From Macrostomum hystrix (Eukaryota; Animalia; Platyhelminthes), in assembly GCA_950097015.1 (NCBI GenBank), contig CATNEN010000007.1, positions 5,084,001 through 5,148,000 of the forward strand: 64,000 nucleotides of DNA, given 5' to 3'. Made by a program: the position numbers and the translations under genes. Positions 60,040 through 64,000 of this stretch are shown here, one piece after another. Under the pieces are notes generated by a model that made no database searches, was not told the DNA's origin, and saw nothing but the letters and a program-made list of their open reading frames with translations. The first letter of the stretch is position 1; the number at the start of each line of letters is the position of its first letter.

Positions 60040-61108
60040 GCCCTATGTTCCCTACCCTCTGCCAATCCCTATGTTCCCCACCCTCTGCCAATCCCTATGT
60101 TCCCCACCCTCTACCAATCCCTATGTTCCCCACTCTCTGCCAATCCCTATGTTCCCCACCCTCTGCCAATCCCTATGTTCCCCACCCTCTGCCAATCCCT
60201 ATGTTCCCCACCCTCTACCAATCCCAATGTTCCTACCCTCTGCCAATCCCTATGTTCCCCACCCTCTACCAATCCCAATGTTCCCCACCCTCTGCCAATC
60301 CCAATGTTCCCCACCCTCTGCCAATCCATATGTTCCCCACCCTCTGCCAATCCCTATGTTCCCCACCCTCTACCAATCCCAATGTTCCTCACCCTCTGCC
60401 AATCCCAATGTTCCCCACCCTCTACCAATCCATATGTTCCCCACCCTCTGCCAATCCCTATGTTCCCCACCCTCTACCAATCCATATGTTCCCCACCCTC
60501 TGCCAATCCCTATGTTCCTCACCCTCTACCAATCCCTATGTTCCTCACCCTCTGCCAATCCCTATGTTCTCCACCCTCTACCAATCCATATGTTCCCCAC
60601 CCTCTGCCAATCCCTATGTTCCCCACCCTCTACCAATCCATATGTTCCCCACCCTCTGCCAATCCCTATGTTCCTCACCCTCTACCAATCCCTATGTTCC
60701 TCACCCTCTGCCAATCCCTATGTTCCCCACCCTCTACCAATCCCTATGTTCCTCACCCTCTACCAATCCCTATGTTCCTCACCCTCTGCCAATCCCTATG
60801 TTCCTCACCCTCTACCAATCCCTATGTTCCCCACCCTCTGCCAATCCCTATGTTCCCCACCCTCTGCCAATCCCTATGTTCCTCACCCTCTACCAATCCC
60901 TATGTTCCCCACCCTCTACCAATCCCTATGTTCCCCACCCTCTGCCAATCCCTATGTTCCCCACCCTCTGCCAATCCCTATGTTCCCCACCCTCTGCCAA
61001 TCCCTATGTTCCTCACCCTCTGCCAATCCCTATGTTCCCCACCCTCTGCCAATCCCTATGTTCCCCACCCTCTGCCAATCCCTATGTTCCCCACCCTCTG
61101 CCAATCCG
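60040..61108 (+). repeat. 26-bp minisatellite (CTCTGCCAATCCCTATGTTCCCCACC), ~40 copies
   Basis: Directly visible. Confidence 0.96.
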
Positions 61109-61220
61109 TGCACGTTCGCGAAAGAATCAGTCACAAAGAGCCACAGATGAAAAAAGCGAAAGATTGGAAGAGAAAAAATTACTCGCAGAATATTGGTTTT
61201 CAACTTCTATTTCAAACTAA

Positions 61221-61510
61221 GTAACTTCAATTTCGCCCGGCGGCTCTCCGGCTGGCGTTAGTAACTTCAATTTCGCCCGGCGGCTCTCCGGCTGGCGTTA
61301 GTAACTTCAATTTCGCCCGGCGGCTCTCCGGCTGGCGTTAGTAACTTCAATTTCGCCCGGCGGCTCTCCGGCTGGCGTTAGTAACTTCAATTTCGCCCGG
61401 CGGCTCTCCGGCTGGCGTTAGTAACTTCAATTTCGCCCGGCGGCTCTCCGGCTGGCGTTAGTAACTTCAATTTCGCCCGGCGGCTCTCCGGCTGGCGTTA
61501 GTAACTTCAA
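61221..61510 (+). repeat. Perfect 40-bp tandem repeat, 7 copies plus 10 bp
   Basis: GTAACTTCAATTTCGCCCGGCGGCTCTCCGGCTGGCGTTA identical in all copies. Confidence 0.98.
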
Positions 61511-62539
61511 GGCTGTGGCCCGAGGCGAGGCCAGCTCCGTGATGATGCAGAGCTCAGCCGATGTAGTCTCGCTACTCAGGAACTGGATGATGTTCGGATG
61601 CGACACCTTCTTGAGGATCTCAACGCCACGCTTTTTTCATGCTCAATGGCTCTGCTCACATCCTCCGAGTTGTTGCCCTTTGTCAGCTTGACAACTTTGA
61701 CAGCCACGATCTGAAACTGGTCAGTGAGTGCCTTGAAAACCTTGCCGATCGCTCCCTGACCAATAAGCTGCTTCTTGTCGCCTTCCATGATGAACTTCAA
61801 GCTGTCAAAGCTCGGGTCCAGCGGCTTCGACCTCCTGAAGGTGCAAGACATGAAATATTACTTTATTACGAGGCTTTATTACAGAATGTATGGTCATTGC
61901 ATAGGCAGTTACTTCGGGTTCTTCTGTCCTGCAATCCAAGCTCGCTTGCTGCACTTTCGGTCCTTATCTTTGTCCATTTCCACCATGTTAGCCAGGGTCT
62001 TTCCAGCTTTGTTCATCCAACCAAACATTGTGACACCGACTTGGTCCAGCAAAAACTAGAGGGCATCTGCACCATCTGCATCTGCCAAAATCGTTAGGAA
62101 TCGAGAGACAGTCGCTGCCGAGTGTTTGCACCATCCACTTCAGCGATGCGTTGCTCTTCTTGTTCATCGCGGTCAGCCGCAGCAGCCTGGCTTTAGTTTT
62201 CCTTGCCTAGTCGCGGCCTAGTGTGTCCACGATAATTTTCATCCACGAGTCGTCTTGATACAATGCTGCATATTCAGCTGGAGTGTCATTCTTTGAGTTC
62301 CTGCAGCTCAGGCAGTCAGGTCCGAAAGACTTAATCAGCTGACTCAGGCACTGAGCACTGACCGGCTTGCTCGTCACGTGATGTGCCACGGACTGGCGCC
62401 GCTCGGTTCCGACAAACCAGTACTCCTGTTTGTAGCCGCCAACCGTCAGCTCGATGTTGCCGTCCAGTTGACGGAGCAGTCGCAGCAGTTGCTTGCTGTC
62501 AGCGGCCTCCAGTGCTGCCCTCAGCTGCTGATTGTCCAT
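61511..62539 (-). pseudogene. Disrupted ankyrin-like-repeat plus Ser/Thr kinase gene (kinase truncated at about subdomain V)
   Basis: ANK-like segments (SVAHHVT...DTPAEYAA; second LGSDCLS repeat) with an in-frame TAG at 62207-62209 and a frameshift near 62070. A 78-bp GT-AG intron at 61835-61912. Kinase motifs LIGQGAIGKVFK and VAVK, then a frameshift near 61630 into EILKKVSHPNIIQF...IITELA, ending at the 40-bp array. Confidence 0.72.
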
Positions 62540-63034
62540 GGCGAGATGATCTTAGTGTACTTTCGAAGTGGAAACCTGGCTTTATAAAGGCTTTATGTGA
62601 CAGTTCTGGTAGGGACTGCAGAGAGCAGGGCATTGGTTACCGGTCTCTCGTGTCTCCCTCCTTATTGGTGGAGCAATATTGCACATTGCCGTTTAAATAG
62701 GCGTGTGTAAAGAAATGGCTTGAAACAGTATATTTAGTTGTTGCTTGAGAACAACCTGCATTATGAATATCTGTTTGTCAACTTCGATTAACTTTTCTCT
62801 CAGCATACTACTTTAAATAGCCAGTTTTTCAGTTTTTTTCAGATAGGAGATATGCACTAAAGTACTAAACGTACGTACGTAATATTTAGTACTAAACTCT
62901 CTTAATACGCTCGCATATTAATGTCGGGCTAGAATTTTAACCTCAATAATTTTATTCAATTTAATATTTCACTTCAATGCGCTCTGCTTGAATCTCAACC
63001 AGGGTCGATCAATTCTTAATCGACGCTCATCGAA

Positions 63035-63560
63035 TCAAATCTCATTCCAACTCCATCAAATCTCATTCCAACTCCATCAAATCTCATTCCATCTCCATCG
63101 AATATCATTCCATCTACATCGAATCTCATTCCATCTACATCGAATCTCATTCCATCTACATCGAATCTCATTCCATCTACATCGAATCTCATTCCATCTC
63201 CATCGAATCTCATTCGATCTTCATCGAATCTCATTCCATCTACATCGAATCTCATTCAATCTCCATCGAATCTCATTCCATCTACATCGAATCTCATTCC
63301 ATCACCATCGAATCTCATTCCATCACCATCGAATCTCATTCCATCACAATCGAATCTCATTCGATCTATATCGAATCTCATTCAATCTCCATCGAATCTC
63401 ATTCAATCTCCATCGAATCTCATTCCATCTACTTCGAATCTCATTCGATCTATATCGAATCTCATTCAATCTCCATCGAATCTCATTCAATCTCCATCGA
63501 ATCTCATTCCATCTACTTCGAATCTCATTCCATCTCCATCAAATCTCATTCCATCTCTCA
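63035..63560 (+). repeat. 21-bp minisatellite (CATCGAATCTCATTCCATCTA)
   Basis: Directly visible. Confidence 0.94.
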
Positions 63561-63561
63561 T

Positions 63562-63652
63562 GCCATTTACTCAGGGACACACTCAACTGAACCTCCGCCA
63601 TTTACTCAGGGACACACTCAACTGAACCTCCGCCATTTACTCAGGGACACAC
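63562..63652 (+). repeat. 35-bp tandem repeat, ~2.5 copies
   Basis: GCCATTTACTCAGGGACACACTCAACTGAACCTCC. Confidence 0.85.
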
Positions 63653-64000
63653 ACGCACACACTAATTATTCCCAAGCTCTTAGACTTTTTATCGATTGAT
63701 TCAGTTCTGCTATCGTCTTCTTCTTGGCCTCTGAAAGAAACTAAATTTCTATCTGTTTTCTCAAAGTCTTATTTGATAATGCTCGAGGAAGCTTTAATTA
63801 GGAAATTTCCATCGGTTTCTAATTTGTTATATTTTTCACTTACCCTGCGACACTTTCCATTTCTGCATTGCCTGATCCCAGGGGGATTGAAGTTAATCCG
63901 CTTCTCCCATCTCGGTGATCCCAGGTATCTATTCAGGCCCTGGCCATCTGAGCATGCGATTATAGGCAGCTGTAGTACTCAAAGCTGCTCAACACGCAGA

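Noticed and set aside
60040-61108. Second CCAAT-box array (26-bp unit)
   Set aside because: CCAAT is present but in a poorer NF-Y context (TGCCAATCCC), the spacing is 26 bp, and no adjacent gene start is evident. Treated as an ordinary minisatellite.
61221-61510. Possible CRISPR array (40-bp identical repeats with a weak hairpin)
   Set aside because: Repeats are directly adjacent with no spacers, there are no cas genes, and the context is eukaryotic. The 43-bp (4934), 32-bp (47990) and 46-bp (56505) arrays were rejected for the same reasons.

Overview
Eukaryotic (animal) genomic DNA with GC-rich exons and introns or spacers packed with distinct minisatellites. That style suggests a Macrostomum-like flatworm, but this is inference only. 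Host genes reconstructed by hand from splice sites and family motifs: a 2-exon Six1/2 (sine oculis) homeobox gene (+), a convergent 5-exon APCDD1-like Wnt inhibitor (-), a weakly supported small coiled-coil ORF (-), a 6-exon glutaminyl-tRNA synthetase (+), a 4-exon TUT/GLD-2-family nucleotidyltransferase that has lost two of three catalytic aspartates (+), and a disrupted ankyrin-like plus kinase gene (-). Mobile DNA: a complete 4.57-kb Mutator-like element (TIRs, 8-bp TSD) encoding a PHD-FLYWCH-MULE transposase; an intact, very young 4.32-kb Ty3/Gypsy (Mag-like) LTR element inserted in a 15-bp intronic satellite; a hAT-Charlie MITE filled with a minisatellite; a tRNA-derived SINE; and two further candidate MITEs. 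About 30 tandem arrays account for most long ORFs in the supplied track, which are artefacts. The most unusual signals are the PHD-bearing transposase, the pseudo-nucleotidyltransferase, a 12-unit CCAAT array with exact 32-bp phasing, and minisatellites that abut or mimic splice sites. Repeat boundaries are approximate; no database searches were run.
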